From: Bugula neritina
Lineage: Eukaryota > Animalia > Bryozoa
DNA length: 64,000 nucleotides
Direction of reading: 5' to 3'
NCBI GenBank assembly: GCA_964035545.1
Contig: OZ037769.1
Coordinates: 7,855,929-7,919,928, forward strand
The position numbers and the translations under genes are program-made. Of the stretch, positions 26,301-40,400 are shown piece after piece. The notes beneath the pieces were generated by a model. That model saw only the letters and a list, made by a program, of their open reading frames with translations, did no database searches and was not told the origin of the DNA. Position 1 is the stretch's first letter. Each line of letters begins with the position of its first letter.

Positions 26301-29300
26301 GTATCACATCAAAACTTTAAGAGGAATTTTTTAAAACACTTTGAAGCAATAACTTTTATTAGAGTCACTAAACTTGACCACCTGTATAATGTTAAAATTT
26401 GTATAATTCTATTCTCACAATATTAAGAAATCAAACTATTTACTAAAAGGCCTTAGTTTTTTTTATTTCATGAAATTTCAATGCCTGGTCCAGACTTTGG
26501 AAATGTCAGCAGCACTTGATGTAGTATCATCAGTGTGAAAATTCCTTCAGCCTTACCAGTCCGTTACAGTTACTACATGTATTCTTTCTTGTATCACCCG
26601 TAAAGTTAGTTGATTTAGAAATAAATGTTCAACTGGTGACAGTAATTCTAGAGAATTTTAATATCACTCTCAATCATGTGCTGCTTTTCCTCCACAACAA
26701 TATGCATCACATGCTACAGCAGTTACTGTTGGCAGAGTTGAACAGCACTACTGATGGCAATAAAAAGAGATCATATTGTAATCTGCATCAAGCTGATAAT
26801 ATGTCATCAGTGTAGATATGGCAGCAGTGTAGATATGGCAGCAGTGTAGATATGTCATCAGTGTAGATATGGCAGCAGTGTAGATATGGCAGCAGTGTAG
26901 ATATGGCAGCAGTGTAGATATGTCAGCAGTGTAGATATAGCAGCAGTGTAGATATGGCAGCAGTGTAGATATGGCAGCAGTGTAGATATGGCAGCAGTGT
27001 AGATATGGCAGCAGTGTAGATATGGCAGCAGTGTAGATATGTCAGCAGTGTAGATATGGCAGCAGTGTAGATATGGCAGCAGTGTAGATATGGCAGCAGT
27101 GTAGATATGGCAGCAGTGTAGATATGGCAGCAGTGTAGATATGTCAGCAGTGTAGATATGGCAGCAGTGTAGATATGGCAGCAGTGTAGATATGTCATCA
27201 GGGTAGATATGGCAGCAGTGTAGATATGGCAGCAGTGTAGATATGGCAGCAGTGTAGATATGGCAGCAGTGTAGATATGTCATCAGTGTAGATATGGCAG
27301 CAGTGTAGATATGGCAGCAGTGTAGATATGGCAGCAGTGTAGATATGGCAGCAGTGTAGATATGGCAGCAGTGTAGATATGACAGCAGTGTAGATATGGC
27401 AGCAGTGTAGATATGGCAGCAGTGTAGATATGGCAGCAGTGTAGATATGGCAGCAGTGTAGATATGGCAGCAGTGTAGATATGGCAGCAGTGTAAATATG
27501 GCAGCAGTGTAGATATGGCAGCAGTGTAGATATGTCATCAGTGTAGATATGGCAGCAGTGTAGATATGGCAGCAGTGTAGATATGGCAGCAGTGTAGATA
27601 TGGCAGCAGTGTAGATATGGCAGCAGTGTAGATATGTCAGCAGTATTGAGAAGGCCTGTACCAGGTATAGCACTGCTCCAGAGGTTAGTGCAGAGGGGAG
27701 AGGTAGGCAACACTCCACCTCAGCCACACATATTATATTATTCTGTATAGACGGCACTATTTCTTAAATGTACAACTCTTCATAGTTTCACTGTTCAGGT
27801 GGTGGGGAATTACAAAAGATAAACTTTTTCAGATAAAGCAAACAATTGAGAGGGTTAATAATGAACAGTTGAAGCTTCCAGTTTTATATATAATTATGGA
27901 ATAGAATCACCTCATGTTGATTAACTGTATGAACAGCTGACACACTTACACACACTTACACACACTTACACAACTCTGATGAATTGAGGATTGCTTTCCT
28001 ATGAGGTAATTACCTCATACATAGCAGCTCCAGTTATTTATGGTAAAAGCTTAAGTTGTGCAAAACATGATATAATTAGTGCATAATATTTTATGAGCAG
28101 ACTGTGAAAGCCAAGCCAAGGTTGGCAGAACATTAATTAGTGCTCTCTGGGATTATTTTTGTTGATTACTAATATACTCTATATGGTATAAATAAAATAT
28201 ATATACTATGTAATGAATAATCAATTGTTGGGTAATGATTCATGTAGTAAGACTACTATAAGTGTATGACTAGGTCAGTACACCTAGTATTGCCTACGCC
28301 CTACATCAATAGAATTCAGAGAAAATACATTCAAGCTGACTTTATTCTAAGAAAAGATGTTCCTGTTGTTATTTAGTTGGTTTTAGCACATTGTGTCTGC
28401 GTAGCTTAGACTAAGTTATTAGACAAACAAACAGTTTTTTTTCTGGAGGCTAAACTGTACTGACATGAGAGTGCTCCCTCTATATCTCACTAAGCTACAG
28501 GTCCCAAAACCTCAATTTGTGACATAGTAGAATACCATGTTTAACTCACGGATCTGTCCCTATACACACATACATGAGCCACAAAACAGGGGTCCAAGCC
28601 TTTCTCGTAACCTTTTCGTGAGGAATGAATCCGTGAGATGTGGAGGGAGCACTGCACTACATGTTGGTTGTTAGTCTATACAACATACAAAGCTGTAACA
28701 TTCTGCTACACTCTACAGTTTGAAAATAATTTTACATGTCTATTTGTTTGTTATTTAGACTCAACATTTTGATAATTCCTCGGAATGGTCTAGAAATTAA
28801 AAATATATCAGATTTTATATAATCCAGCCAGGGTTATTTCTGCATTAATGAGCTGAGACCAAACAGTCAACAAATAGACTGCTCTCTATTAGCAGTAATT
28901 GTTATCAGCAAATGACCCATTATTGTCTATCAATTATAGGTAGGAAGTCAACAAAATCTTTATAAGTTTCAGGCTAGACTCTGTTACAGCCATACTGAGT
29001 TTTCAGTTGGATAAAAGGCCTCTGTGTCTACTTGAAGATCACATCAACTGGCCGCCTAGGGGCAACCACTCAACCCAAACACAGTGTAGTAGCCACTGAT
29101 TGGCTGAGAAGTTAGGCCAGATAGTAGGAGTGTGCTAGGCTGTCCAGCAGGTGAGAGTGAGACAGGTAGGCTAGTTACAGCATGCCATAAGCATTTACAT
29201 TACAGATTAGCCTGAATTTCTGACCTGGAGTAATCAGCACACAGCACAACTATTGCCATCATATTCAAGCAACACAGGTGTTCAAACAAATTTACAATAA

Positions 29301-29632
29301 GTTAGTGGAGTATTTCTATAAGCAGCCAGAGTCGGAGGTGACTGAGTGCAGTAGTTTGGGGTTCACAATCCCAACTCCAAACTCAAGATCACAAACCACT
29401 GCACTCATCCACACCCAACTCGAAGTTGCTTATAGACAATTTCAAGTTAGTGAGCTGACACAGTATCGTTTACTTTTTCCCACTGTATTTTATACTGCTG
29501 GAAGGTGTAACTACAAACCTTGGTTTTGGCTTTTCCTTTAGCCTTAGTTTTAGAAGAGCCATTACTGGAGTTAGCAGAAGGGGGGCCTGATGAGGCCTCG
29601 CTAGATGGAGGGCTGGACAATTTGTTCACCAT
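8378..29632 (-). CDS. CLK: CDC2-like (LAMMER/CLK/Doa family) dual-specificity kinase with a long C-terminal extension
   Basis: Kinase-region exons: 24699-24597, 24184-24118, 23473-23351, 22496-22406, 21874-21799, 21205-21111, 20306-20177, 19354-19272, 18794-18715, 17373-17286, 16192-16027. They encode [37 protein letters not shown] and [11 protein letters not shown]. Putative first coding exon 29632-29519 is less certain. Tail exons 15737-15561, 15117-14915, 14552-14442, 14146-14017, 13105-12957, 11719-11371, 10710-9661, 9369-8378 are all phase-compatible. Kinase identity is high confidence; attachment of the tail is moderate. Confidence 0.8.
10741..10969 (-). mobile_element. tRNA-derived SINE (family A), copy 1
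   Basis: The minus strand starts with a tRNA-like head (TGGTCTAGG...GGTTCGAACCC). The body is homologous to 23512-23721. It is flanked by an 18-bp TSD, TGACATTCA(A/C)CATTTATA, at 10723-10740 and 10970-10987. Confidence 0.8.
12521..12592 (+). tRNA. trnC-GCA: tRNA-Cys (anticodon GCA)
   Basis: GGGGGTATAGCTCAGTGGTAGAGC... Anticodon arm ATCGG-CTGCAGT-CCGAT, T arm CTGGG-TTCAACT-CCCAG, acceptor stem GGGGGTA/TGCCCCC, followed by an oligo-T Pol III terminator. Confidence 0.95.
14319..14445. repeat. ~30-bp tandem repeat (4 units) built on a splice donor
   Basis: Minus-strand unit ACAGTGAGT-TAGTTATATTCACTATACA(T/C), spaced 30, 30, 30 and 27 nt. Confidence 0.85.
14665..14745 (-). repeat. Short dispersed repeat (family B)
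   Basis: Reverse complement of TATGGTT..GGTTTCATT.GATGCAACTGTTTC.AA..ATTGA.TGAAAA.TCCATT, also seen at ~36240, ~49855 and ~52310. Confidence 0.65.
20127..20173. repeat. Short 18-bp tandem repeat
   Basis: GACACTGTGTTACTAAGA, about 2.5 copies, next to a CLK splice donor. Confidence 0.7.
23211..23316. repeat. 27-bp minisatellite, ~4 copies
   Basis: ACTAACATAGTACATATATACTCTTAT repeated. Confidence 0.85.
23512..23721 (+). mobile_element. tRNA-derived SINE (family A), copy 2
   Basis: Head GGCGCAGCTATGGTCTAGGGGTTAGAGC...GGTTCAATCC. The body matches 10741-10969 in reverse. TSD-like TATAT(G/A)CTAAA(C/T)ATAGTG at 23494-23511 and 23722-23739. Confidence 0.8.
23802..24075. mobile_element. MITE / non-autonomous DNA transposon related to 38708-39008
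   Basis: Terminal inverted repeats CAGCCCAGACA...TGTCTGGGCTG, with subterminal inverted CCGTAAC/AGCCATTTTT. The interior is homologous in reverse to the element at 38708-39008. Confidence 0.7.
24703..24950. repeat. AT-rich low-complexity (AAT/ATA)n tract
   Basis: Degenerate ATA/AAT/AGT triplet runs. Confidence 0.8.
26801..27644. repeat. 17-bp minisatellite, ~49 copies
   Basis: Unit GTGTAGATATGGCAGCA with interspersed GTCATCA/GTCAGCA variants. It explains the repetitive ORFs at 26858-27757. Confidence 0.97.
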
Positions 29633-32600
29633 GTTCAATCAGGTAATCCATTGAGTAAAACTGATTTTACATCCATGGCAAATGGTCTAAGAACTGTAAA
29701 GACATAATTTACCATTACTGTGTATGTACTTATATCTTCAGCTTTCACAGAGGACCTCACCTGTCCCTGGTTTGTCAGCAGCTACCTGTTGAGTCACAAC
29801 TCAACGTATAACTCCACTCCAACATTAATTCAATACTGAGTAGCTGTTTTACAGCTGACAGCAAGTTACCAATCTATGCCAACTTTTACACTCATGCAAC
29901 AAGGCAATAAATTCTGACACATTAAAATTTACTTTGCCCTCCAGTAATATGCCACTCAAATACCTCTTCTGCAGTTATACATTATGGGAGAGTCTATTAA
30001 CTTTTTGAGTCAGTAGTAGTAAACACCAGGAGCACACACGCAACTAATTGTTTTAGTTATAAAGACTAGACTAGAAGATAAGGTGAAGAACTTGGAAGAG
30101 ACATTTTAAAGATCTTTTAAGTTGGTAACATGAAAAAGGATACCTATATTTGAAACTATCTTAGAATATGTCAGTAACGGAACACATCTCAGAATGTGGC
30201 AGTAACAGAACATAGTTAAGATATTTTGATATACTTTTTTGTTTGTTGAACTCATATTCCGCACTGCATTGCATTGTAGTTTAAATAATAACAATGCTTT
30301 CATAATTATTAGAAATTATTAAAAATTTCACATTGTAAATTAGGTACAAAGTAAAATATGCTTTAGTATTAAAAATACTGTATTTCTACTGTTAGCAAAT
30401 TGATCTGCAATCAATATAATATACCTTGATGTAGTTTATTACAATATTGTCTAGCAGCTCCTGCTACTAACAATGGAGTTTAGACCTGAGATATATTACG
30501 CAGGTACCACTATAAATCCTAGATTATTATAGCTTGGGCTATAACCATCAGAGCTTTATAATTATTTCAGAGCAGTTATACCAACACCCTAAATTAACAA
30601 GGTGTGAATACTACTTTAGTGCATTTTTAACAGAAATAGAAAGGAAACCAAATTATAAGTAATAAGAGATTTTTAATTAACCCTACATGGTAAATGTGAA
30701 CTGCATCAAACCTTTACAACTATTGTCTATAAACTAAGACTAGGAGTTAGAATGTCTGCTAACTAAAAATTTAACATGTTTTGTCAAACTTTAAGCAAAC
30801 TGTTTAAAAAGTAAGCTATGAGTATAGTTAGTGTAAAGTAAACCTCAATTAAATACGTTATATTTTAGCCTAATAATCTGATAAATCTGTCCTTTTCTCC
30901 TACTTTGTGACTAATTTCATGTAGCATTTCAATTATAATATTCTGTTTTGTGAAGGCTAAATTACTCTTCAGGTAAGCTCATTCAGGGCATTAGAAAAAA
31001 ATCCAGGAGTTGAGGCACATAAAGCAGTATGCCTTAATCCAACAGGGATATATTTTGTTTGGGGAAGTTGTTTAGGGATATTTGCAACCTTAGGCTTACG
31101 AAACAACAAAAATATATATATTATAGCATATTTAGAATGCTATCATAACTTCAACTGGAACTAATGTTGCTGGACTGCTCTTATAACAATCTAGAAATGA
31201 TTGCCAGAATACATATATAACAATTATTATGGATAAAGATAACCGTTTGACTATTACTAGTCTTTTTGTGAATGTCTATTAAAAATTAAATAATGTGTAA
31301 GAGTAACTGTAAGTGTAATAAATGACAAGATTGACAATTAACAGAACTTTAATTATAAGCCTAAAGTATCTGAATCTGAGACTGATAGATAGGCATAGAC
31401 TGATGACAAAAATGAATATTACCATGTACTAATATAAAAATGACTAAAAAATTGAATAATTATTATTTATTGAATATCAAGGTAGTTTTCAGAGAACCAC
31501 AGACTTGGTGAATGCATTTGTATAGAGCCTACCTATATATACTTGTTAATAATATTAATTTGATGACTATTACTATTAGCATACCTTATACCTATAAGTA
31601 TAACTGTAAGCTTAAAATAAACAAATTAAAATAAACTATGGCTCTGGTCTCTGAGTCTGTTTAACTATCAGTATCACTATTACTATAATCAGTTCAGTCT
31701 GAGTATCACTACCAGCATCACTATCACTATCAGTATCAGTATAACTATAACTATAAGTATAAGTATGCACAAACTCAAACTGAAACTGACAAAGAGAAAA
31801 TCAGCAGAATCAGAATGAAAATTTAAAGATTTACCTTTTCATCAACTTAAATTATTCCTTTAAAAACTATTAGTATTTGTATATTGTGGTAAGTTATTAC
31901 GATTCCATGTCTCTGTGAGTGTAAGTAAAATCCCTCCTTTGTAATTTGAGCAGCCTCATATTGCCGGAAATGCTAATGAGTAATGCATGATCTGAAAGCA
32001 GACTAGATACTAGCTACATTCTCCAACTATAATAATAATAAATAAAGTAGGATAAGAGAAGGTTAAAGGTCATCTAACATCATTCTAACGATAAGAACAT
32101 GCTGCATATTGCCTGTGTTGCATTTGTTAGCAAAGCCACATTAGCCTGAACATATTGCAGTGAACAGTTCACTGAACTGCGTGTTATAAGGGCTACCAAT
32201 AGCATCATTCCACAGCTTGTCATTTTGTTACAGAATGTAGAAGCTGACATGGGCAGTGAATTGTTGAATAGGGTAAAAAGTGCACACAGTGAGCAAATTT
32301 TTACCCAGGCTAAAAAAGTATCTTTTACTACCTAGCCTACTTGTAGGCTATAAAGGTGCAATAAGCAATAATTTAATACAATTTTAAACCTTCAATCTTT
32401 AATTTTTCAAGTATTGTTTGATTATATATAATATATATAAATTTGTAACAACATGCAACCGCCTGAATTTATAAATCCCTGCAGAATATATTACAAAAGC
32501 TGTCTGCTTCATAAATGGATGGATACCATCAACACTATTCTCCTCCAACATGCAGTGTGAATTGAAATGGATGAAGGAATGAAGCAATGAAATACCCATA

Positions 32601-34402
32601 GCTCCCATTTACTTAGTTCATGGTTAAAATTGCTTATGCCTGATAGCAAATGAAATGTGAAACACAGTTCAAGCCATCAAAGCAGCTAAAGAATGTTGCA
32701 CCTACAACCCAAACCAACGTTCTTATTCTATTACTCTTGCTAACTTTAAGGCTACATGACTATCAAGTTGAAAAATAGTGAAACCCAAGTGCCTATAAAA
32801 GATTAACAACAGTCTTTCTGCATCTCCCATGACTATCCATTTACAACGGTAGTGCATATACGCCCTACATTAACATCCTTCGTAACTGAGTCTTATAATA
32901 AGGTATTATTTTATTTACACTCTACGGTGTATAGCATAAAGGAAGAATCATGTATGAAAGTGCAATGCTTTAGTGTATGTTGTGTGTACCATGACTGGTC
33001 TATACTCAAACTATCAATACGCGTCTAGTTAATCATTCTATCAACAAATGAAATATTTTGCTCACATCTTCTAGTATAATGTATTTATTTGAAAATGTTT
33101 CTAAACAGAGCAGCACATTTATTCATAGTAAAAATTTATTATGTATTGAATATAATATTTTGATTGAAATAATTTTTTTGTCAATTTTGACAAAAAAGTT
33201 AATAGAAATTAACAGCTACATCCAATTACTAAATTTGTAAGTTTCATTCGAGACAAATTATTCTTTTTAACTCAAAAACAATTATAGCAAATTGACAAAG
33301 CTTGTCACGGTAACTGCATATATAGTAAATATAATAATCTTGCAGTATATGACTCATGCAGCCATTTTTTGGTGTTAGTTAGGCTTGCCTGAACCTATAC
33401 AATTATATAGTTTCATCACACTTTGCTGCATGCTTGCATAAGAAAAAGTAGCACTGATGGAGCTTTTTATTTTCACAGCTTCAATAGGCTGAGAATCGCT
33501 GGGTTAGAGATATTTAAAAGTTGTTTCTTAAACCAAGAGTAGGCAACTTCTCATAAGTCAACATAATTATTAATGGGACAATAACTTTAACATCTTTTAT
33601 AATGAAACTTTTTCACTGCTGCTGTTTCAATCAACTCATTGTTTAAAGTTTATAAGTGATGCAATATATCGTAATGCTATAGTTTCAATAAAGATGGCAG
33701 CATACTACATCTGGCATAATTTGCCCAGGTATGTGCATTCCAAGCGAAGACACTGCAAACTCAACATATAAGCAATAAAACAATGTTATGTATGATGATA
33801 GCCTAGTTGCAACTGCTCTTAAATACCCACCAATAACCACCAGCCATGAACAACACTGCGTTGTGTATAGAAACTAAGCTAAGTATGTAGGTAGTTAAAA
33901 ACCCATAGCTCACTTTTTGTTTTGATTTGTGCTAAAAACTCAATATCTATCAAGACCCTTCACTTTGTTGCCAAAAATTAAATTGCACGACCTTGACGTG
34001 CATGGTGCATAAAATTGCCAACTTGAAACTTTGCAGTGTGTAAAAAATATTTGCAAGAGTTTGTAGCTCTTGAGAGCTGAGTACATATGTACTAATGTTG
34101 TTTAAGCTGCGTGTAGGTTCGGCAATTTTCGAGCAAGCCTAAAACATAAGAATGATAACTCCAAATTGAAGAAATGAAGCAAAGCAAGAAATGCTTACAT
34201 TGTGTAATAATATGTTTTTAATGTCCGTTGTGGAACGAGGACCATTAGCTATTAGATAAGAACACTCATACTAACTAAATAACCACATTTACATGTTTGT
34301 GGCTAGCAGATAATACTTTAACTAGTGTTGGCAGAGAAATCCAGTAGTTACCAGCCAGCTGACAGTAGCTAGTAGAGAGTACAAATACATTGGTTGCCAA
34401 TC

Positions 34403-37400
34403 ATGTCCGACTTATTCCAGATAACGGCTGAACAAGTTGCAGAATTTCAGCAAAATGGAGCTGTTTGCTTGAGACAAGTGTTTTCTCCAGATTGGGTCAA
34501 GAGAGTAGAGAAGGGAGTTGAAAAGGTGGTTCAGAGTCCAAGGTAAGTGACTGTATGTTCCATGTAATACTTGGATCTTATGATTATAAACTTGTAGTAT
34601 AATCTAAATAACATTATTGGACAACCTCTTGAGTTGAGAACCAGTTTTAGGTGAGACATAGTAATTTTTACTATACCTAATGTACATATTATATGCAGCC
34701 ACTTTTTCTCAAATTATTGTGAATTTTCACTGCATGTTTTTTAACATTGCCTTTATTATTATTGCAAAATTTCATAGATTGGATATATTTGTAGAAATTG
34801 AAAAAGCACAACTTTGGCCAAATATGTCATTGATTGTTTGATTCACATTCAAGTATAGTAAATGCAAACCATTGTATACTAAAATGTATGCTCTTAAGTT
34901 GCACAGCCCCAAAAATTTAAAGGCTTGCCACCTGCTTCTTCTGTTAGCCCACTATCACTGTATTAGCGTGTCAAAAGAGACAAGTCCTGTTTCTGATGCC
35001 AAACTGACAATCTATTCTAGCTGCTTTTACATTAAAGCAGCAAAAAGATTAGAGGTCGCCTATAATAATATAGTTGACCTTATATAAACTGTCTGCGTTT
35101 TGACTTGTTGCATATGAATTAGGTCACTAATATCTTGCAAAAATTCTCTTAATTTGACCTAAGAAATTAACAATGAGGTGGTTTAATCAAATAATAAGCT
35201 TCCCTTTTTTTCGTTAAAAGCTCCAAAGAATTATGCTGCTTTTCAAAAAAAGCTTTGCTAGACTAGATTTGATATAATTATATAAGTGCTATTAGTTTTC
35301 CAACACACAACAAGTCGTCTGCCCATTGTATCCTGACTTCCAAACTACCAATAGTAAAAAGCGATTAGGCGAGAATAGTTTATCCTGTGCTCAATCAAAT
35401 CTAATATTTTATAAATTACTTCTTTCCACCTTCACACCTAATCATCTTCAACTCTCATTTGTTAATTTTGAGATGTACTTAGAAGAATTAGCTTGATGTG
35501 CAAAATCAGAGACTGTTCTTATTTCTGTATAGGAAACATGGTGTTGAGATTTGCCATTGCCAAACTATGGTATTATGTCTTACTAAAATCATGCTGACTC
35601 TCAACAGCATAGCCTTAGGACCTTTGAATCTGAAAAACAATAACTGTAGCTAAGTCATTTGCTTCATACTACCAACAGCAGCAGTCTAACATTCTGGGAG
35701 TCATCATTTCGATCTGTTGATTGAATCATAATACTTTTGTATCTCTTGTAGAATTTACTATTTTTTCACTTACACAGTTAATGGTCTGTTGAAGTGCGGT
35801 TGTACTCTTTAGCGCATGGGGCGAAAGCCTCTCAGCAGAAGGTGGGTCAGGAAAGTATTTCAATGACTACTGCCAATGGAGGAGAATACCTGAGTTTGAA
35901 GATTATGTGCTCAACTCTGAGGCGGCAGCCATTGTAGGTCAGCTGATGCAATCCGAGGTATGTGATGGAGAATGGAGCAAGTAATGCCATATACAAGTAG
36001 TACTGCTGTGTAGTCAACATTCACTGTGGTGTAGTCAACATTCACTGTGGTGTAGTCAACATTCACTGTGGTGTAGTCAACACTCACTGTGGTTTAGTCA
36101 ACATTCGCTGTGGTGTAGTCAACATTCACTGTGGTATAGTCAACATTCACTGCGGTATAGTCAACATTCACTGCGGTGTAGTCAACATTCACTGGGTATC
36201 TATTGTTTGGAATGGATGGATTGGTAGCTTTGGTTGCACTTGTGGTTTCATTTGATGCAGTTGTTTCTAAACACCAATAGAAAATTCATTCTGGTAAGCA
36301 ATGGAAGTGTAGCAATTGTATTATGTTAGACCTAGCTTTATTCTTTAGATTCACAAGTATATGTATTTCTACCATTTACCTTTAAAGTCTGATCAATTAA
36401 TTTTTGGATATAGTTTCATTGTTATAACAATAAAAGGATCTCTGAGCGGCGACATATTATTATATAAGTAGAATAAAGATCTATTTGAGTAAGAAAGCTT
36501 CAGGGAAAATACAATAAATTAATTTTTGGTCATCACCATTTTTAAAGCTTGTAACATTTAAGAAGGTGTGTTGTGTATGTTTAAAAACATTTGAATAAAC
36601 AGACTAGTTTTTAAACCTAGTGTGCTTTGATAAGCCGAGCATATTTACAGAATTTACAAATATACACACAACCATGAATATTCTTTGAAATGCTTGCAGC
36701 TATAAGTATAATAAGTATAACAATTTAAAAAAAATAGTGGAAAGTTTCTGTAATTGTATTGAATTTATACAAATAATTGTTGTATTCAGGAAACTTTTGT
36801 GGTAAATATGACATAGGTCTTTTGTGACAGCCATGATTTCCCAGTTTTTTCAGAAAAACTTTTCAATGTGCATGGATGGATAACTTTATGTCATTAATTA
36901 CTGTTATAATTATATATCATGCTTAATTTATCAGAAAACTGAAACAAATGAAGCTTGTTCAATCACATGAAATAATCAATGAAAAAAACTAAGCTGGTCG
37001 ATATAGGAAGTTATCTCCTTTATCCTACTGTATGAGAATCAAATTAAGAAAATTTAGATTTCCTAAAAGTATAACTTTAATCTTAAGCTGTAAAAATATG
37101 TGCTCGTTAGCAAAAGGAAATCAGATTTTATCATATATTTGTTTTAACAAAATCAATGAAATGATAGACCACTATAACAATACTACTTATGTTTAAAAAA
37201 TCTTCAAACTGAAAGGCAAACAAAAAGCTAATCACTGCTCGCATACACGTGTAAAATATAGGCAAAACTTTTTAAAAGTTTTATACTGCTTAGTTTATAG
37301 TCTTCAATATGTATAATAGTTTCTTGAACCAATGCATTAGTTTAAGAAATTAATTTGATAATATTTATAATAATATTTACAATATCTTATTAAGCTTTAT

Positions 37401-40400
37401 TTGTATGGTATGACTTGCAAAAACATTGTTTTATAGGAAGTTGCGTTCTATCATGAGCATGTGCTAATAAAAGAGGCAGGAACCAATAAGAAAACACCTT
37501 GGCATGTTGATCAAACCTACTATCCAATCAACGGAAACAAAGTATGTATGCTGATCACCCAATCATTGTGCTCATATCATTCTATTTGGTGCACTTAAAC
37601 ACGGAAGAAAAATTCAAGTAGCATTAATATAGTTTCCATATATATAGTTTTGTTCTGCCCATTAAAAAATATACCAACTAGGCTCATCAGAAATTATTTG
37701 GTCACAGCAATGCACACTTCAAGTAAAATAATTTATAGTGTATGTATTATTTTTTTTAAAATGCAGTGCATATATGATTGCTTATCAATTCATAGATATA
37801 CTAAGTTATCAATTCAAGCAGACTAGTATAAAATTGCTTATGGAAACATTGTGCAAAAACGATTATGCGTGTAATAGTGACATCTAATATTCCAAGAGGG
37901 TAAAAAATTTTAAACAGAAATTAGATAAGCACAAATAACATACTGCAAAAATCAACTAACGAAAGAATAATTCATCACAAGTAATGTGTTGGATTAAAAT
38001 CTAAAATAATATCATAGAGGCTTGATTGTTGGCCGCTATTAATAGAAACAAAGCAATTGGTCATTATGAGTTGGCAGTTTAGCTGGTAAGGTAGATTTTT
38101 TAGGTCACAAGCTTTGCTGCAGTTGATAAAAAGAATACAAACTCTTTACTGCAAGTTTGAGTTGATAAAATAAAAACAATCAAAGATTTCTAGACTTCCT
38201 GCATGTTTTCACCTTCTTTCACTGACGTGCTACATTTAGGTCCATCAGTGTTACTTAATTTCTCATATTTGCTTTGGAAAAGCTCTGAATAACAACACTG
38301 AAAAAATATATCACAAAAAATGGTAGCAACAGTGAGTATGCCAAGTCCACTGCCTATGTTCAGAAAAATAGGAACAATATTGGCGGCTGCAGCCCGAGCA
38401 TCTGTAGCTATAATAAACAGAATGCCATAAGCTTTTATCAGTTGCCTCTTCTGTACACTGTTTTGGAAATAGTTGTGACTGAACCTGTAGTTGTAGCCTT
38501 TGGCAATCAAACTGTCTTCCCCTAAGGCCTAAAGCATATGATATTGTACACACTGATAGGCTACGGTTTTGAATATCTATTTACTCAACTAATTAGACAG
38601 AATTCATAACTGCTGTTAATTTTAATTTTTTTTCTTTATCTTTCAGCAAAAATTAGAAAGCTATAACTTTTCAGCTACCTATATCATACCTCAAGTTGCC
38701 TAACTGACCCCCTATTCACACTTACCGTATCATACGCCGTAACAGCAAAGATTAGCCATTTTTACAAATGTCTGAGCTTCCTGTACGGTGTTGCGGTACG
38801 GTAGGATCAAGCACTGCTTGATTGAAATAAGTTGCGGCGGACTCCTATTGGACAGAAAAACTTTTGCGTTAATTCATTGGATAAAATTGTCCAATGAAGT
38901 GTCATATATCGTACCTAATAGCGGACTTTGAAAACTTCAGCCCGGACACATTAAAAATGGCTGATATTTTACGTTACGATGTACGTTACGGTAAGTGGGA
39001 ATGAGGGGTGAAAAATAAAGTTTTCGTTACTGTTCTAGAAATCATAGGCCAGTATGAATGGTTAAACAATTATAAACAAGTTCCCTATAATTTACACACC
39101 TGAGAACAACAATATGAAAACTTAGAAAACTTTGTATAACAAATAAACTGTTACATAATGATGAACCTGTTAATTAGAATAAAGACAATTATAAAGATAA
39201 TTATATAAAAAGTCATTACTTGGAATTTTAATTTATTATGTAAGTCAATACCTACATAAATAAATAATTGCATAAAAACAGACACTCTGAGACATCAGTC
39301 TTGTGAACAGAGCTGATCTGTACAGTAGTATTATTCAATAGTGAAAGTAACCAAGATGAGTCCAGCTAATGCTGACTTGGATACTTACTAACTCAAGCAT
39401 TTAAGACTCCTTAGCTGACTTGCTTAGACTGCTGACTACTTGGTCTAATCAAGTAATTAAATAACATGCTGCAAGTCTTTGAAAATTTGGAAAGTTAAAT
39501 GTTTGCCTAATTTAGATTAATTAGCACTGATTAATTTGCTAAAACTAATAATAATTTATTAGTATTTTAATAAGAATTCCTACAATTCATATGCATGTTG
39601 TTAGAAGATCTGATAGTTATTATGAAGTAATAATGATCACATAAGTCATGAAATTTACACATGTTTCTTGTTTTCGGCCAATTATCTATCATTTATGTGT
39701 CTTCCAAAATGGCTAAACTGTTTTTTGTATATATATCAACATTTTGTTGCTCCTGTCTATGTGTTTCTTATTTTTATTTTGGTGTACTTTCTGGTCTATA
39801 CTTCTACCCCTTTATCATTGGCTACGAAGTCTTGCCAAAACATTTTAATTGCAATTTTAAAGATTCAATTGGAAAAATTTGAAAAATGAGCGAGATGCGA
39901 GTAATTTTCAAAGTAATAAATTTTGCTATTAATTAACTTGCGTAATTATATTATATAGTTAAAACTATTAGAATGGAATGAGTACACACCTCTATTATTG
40001 ACCTGGAGGTACCCAACTAAAACCTACATAGTCTATTGTTTAGATAATTTCACTATATTGTCTCACAAAAAATATCAGCCAATAACCTTGTGCTTCTGTT
40101 CTCCATTTTAATTTAGTGTTGCAGTTCCTTGATTAATCTCTATAGTCATTTTTTTGATGAGTCCATAGATATAAGGATCAGTTAGACCATATTATGTATC
40201 CAAATATCTAACATCTTAAGTAGAAAAAGACATGCAGTGTAACCATTGTTGTTAAAAACATCCAATTAATATTGTCTGATCATACTGTTAATCTCAATTC
40301 AATGTGTGAATAGCTATTTATCACAATATATATATATATATTTGTGTTTTGCTTTTACATTTTATGTTATGTAAATTGTTTATGAATGCCTATATTAAGC

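Noticed and set aside
26801-27644. Possible CRISPR-like array (also 36008-36193)
   Set aside because: The units are directly adjacent with no unique spacers, and the context is eukaryotic.
26858-27757. Long ORFs with [17 protein letters not shown] repeats
   Set aside because: These are translation artefacts of a stop-free 17-bp minisatellite in an intron.
28550-28651. Possible 102-nt frame-preserving cassette exon of the CLK gene
   Set aside because: The donor (GTGAGT) is good but the acceptor is weak and the peptide is unrecognisable. It cannot be supported without RNA data.
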